A stretch of 63,648 nt of DNA, counting the filler, from Octopus bimaculoides (lineage: Eukaryota), in the NCBI RefSeq assembly GCF_001194135.2. It is 7 parts of 6 records of this genome, joined end to end, with 100 filler letters (N's around TTAATTAATTAA, not from the genome) between each part and the next. Parts side by side here need not be neighbours in the genome. Positions count along the whole stretch, not along the records: positions 56,676 to 63,648 come from NC_068994.1; 6 more parts are not named here. One strand, written 5' to 3'. This document shows positions 61,469 through 63,648 of the stretch, piece after piece. The position numbers and the translations under genes were made by a program. The notes under the pieces are model-generated. The model was not told the DNA's origin. It made no database searches and saw only the letters and a list, made by a program, of their open reading frames with translations. Positions within the stretch are counted from its first letter, which is position 1; the number at the start of each line of letters is the position of its first letter.

Positions 61469-63377
61469 AACAACAATAATAATAATCTTTTTTACTATAG
61501 ACACAAGGCCAGCAAGAATAATAATGATAATGATTTCTTATTTATAAATTGTTTATAATATAGGTAGAAGGCCAACAAACTTGAAGAGAAGGTGTTATTC
61601 AATACCATAGAACCAGTACCTGACTGGTACTTTATATTTAGCGACCTCGAAAGGATGAAAAGCAAAAATTGGCGTTTCTGTGCTGGCTTCGAATTTCATT
61701 TAGGTCTTCTTTGCCTTTCAGTCTTTCGTGGTCGGTGAAATAAATACCAGTTAAGAAGTAGGATTGATGGCATCGATTAAACCCCACCCTCAGAATTGCT
61801 GGCCTCGAGCATGAATTATGAACAATTAATGTTGGATTCTGTTTTTTTCCTTTGGATATATTTAACTAACGCGATAAAAAGCAAAATGGAGTCCATATTT
61901 ACTGAACCCCATATTTTCAGAAGTTTCATATCATTTGATCAGTCACTTCAGACGATATCAACTAAGTTATCTGTTGGTATCGTTGTTTAACGCCAACGTA
62001 AGTTACAGTTGAGCAGTATATCTATTATCAAAGACATTTCGTCTTTTGTCTTTTCTTTTACACATTATACGCCTTGTGAAAGCGTTAGGTATGTTCGGTT
62101 CATGACCATAAGGTGGTAGTTTTAATTTCTGGACCGAGAAGCGCGTTGCATCTTTGAGCAAGGCACTTGATTTCATGTTACTCTAGTTTACTCAACTGTA
62201 AATGGGTACTGGCTAGATGCTGATGCAACTCTCTCTTGTCACAGTAGTCACATTCTAGTTGTTTTGCTGGTTTAAGAGTGAGTTGCCCAAGAAGGTGTCT
62301 ATATCTGCTCACGGCTACAAAAGCGTGCTATATGTTACCTAACCATACTCACTCATAAAGGTTTGCTGTACTTCAGTGGAACCTAGGTTACTTTGCATTA
62401 TTCGATACGTGTTTGTTTTCCCTTTATCAAATCACCATCCTCAATCAATGGGCAATAACTGTCTCGAGTCTTAAGGTCAGTTATCCGGTTTTCATGGCGT
62501 ACAAATGATCGACATTACAATATTCTCCCCAAATGGAGTGCCATTCCGTCACAGAATTACTCATTTATAGCTAACTGAACTGGATTAACATAAAACGAAG
62601 TATTTTGTTCAAGAATACGACTCGACGCCCAACCCAGGAATCGAAACCACGATCGCAAGATCATGAGTATAACACACTAACCATGAGGCCACATCTATTA
62701 ACTCCTTATAAAAATCAGTTGGATGTAATTTAGCTTCTGTTTCAGCTCAAGCAACGATTCCCTCGTTAGACGTCATAATATTTAGCGTTTTATACACAAT
62801 ATTTCCAGTGAACGTACAGATATTGTTTTCATATCTTGTCAAATCTTACCCCAAGTGCATATTCATCATGTCAAGCACATTAGGAAAAATATAGATTAAT
62901 AGATGTTGAACTAAATCGATCAACTACTAACCTATTGTCATCTTATTGATCCTAGATTTTGTAAAAATCAACGTATACTTTGTCGGAACTTCAAGTCGGA
63001 TCCATCAGCTTGTTTATTTATTTATCTTTTTATTTATTTTCCATCAAGCATTCAAGTGAAAATTGCGTCGCATGTTAGAGGTTTCCAAGGGAGCCAGTCA
63101 TTGTTTAACTGCATTTCCTATGTGTCTGTTTAAATTGAATGGGATAAATATCATAATGTATTTTAATAGATACTTTATTGGATGTATTAAAGCTGTGATT
63201 AACTTTATCAACTTCTTTGTAAATAATGGAGTCCACGTAGAAGTGTTCTGATGTTTCCAATAAACTTTGCAGAGTTATCCTTATAATTCACTTTTTTTCT
63301 AAATTTTTCAAATTAAGTAACTTATGATTTATGGACACTCTGCACGCGCGCGCGCGCGCACACACACACACCCACTT

Positions 63378-63422
<45 letters not shown>

Positions 63423-63452
63423 TACGTACACATGCATGCATACATATAATAT

Positions 63453-63605
63453 GTATGTGGTTAGTAGCTTGCTTACCAACCACATGGTTCCGGGTTTATT
63501 CCCACTGCGTGGCACCTTGGGCAAGTGTCTTCTACTATAGCCTTGGGCCGACCAAAGCCTTGTGAGTGGATTTGGTAGACGGAAACTAAAAGAAGCCCGT
63601 CGTAT
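63453..63605 (+). mobile_element. SINE family A, head and core
   Basis: Near-identical to 45630-45780; runs into (TA)n at the window end. Confidence 0.9.
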
Positions 63606-63617
63606 ATATGTATATAT

Positions 63618-63648
<31 letters not shown>

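Overview
Repeat-dense, AT-rich animal DNA from a draft scaffold, with roughly 8 kb of N. The SINE families and the extreme microsatellite density look most like an octopus (cephalopod) genome; this is inference from pattern recognition. There are no prokaryotic features: no operons, rRNA, CRISPR or true tRNA genes. Parts of three spliced genes can be reconstructed by hand. (1) On + at 21259-23120, two phase-compatible exons encode a signal peptide plus the N-terminal half of an EMI-like domain (MEGF10/Draper/EGFL7-type). The supplied ORF track misses these. (2) On - at 30226-34336, the last four coding exons of ZFAND1. (3) On + at 36476-36729, one internal exon of a core-2/I-branching beta-1,6-GlcNAc transferase (GCNT, GT14). 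ZFAND1 and GCNT lie head-to-head and both lack their 5' halves, across an interval holding an artificial scaffold join. The rest is TE debris: several tRNA-headed SINE families, R4/Dong, RTE, CR1/L2 and probable L1/Tx1 LINE relics, mariner, maT and Chapaev3-like relics, MITEs, and a Gypsy 3' half with one LTR. The most unusual items are a tRNA-headed SINE carrying a decayed Penelope-type minimal hammerhead motif, a mariner foldback element built from two 3' ends, and a SINE/LINE shared 3' hairpin with compensatory changes. Almost all long ORFs in the track are N-gap or microsatellite artefacts.
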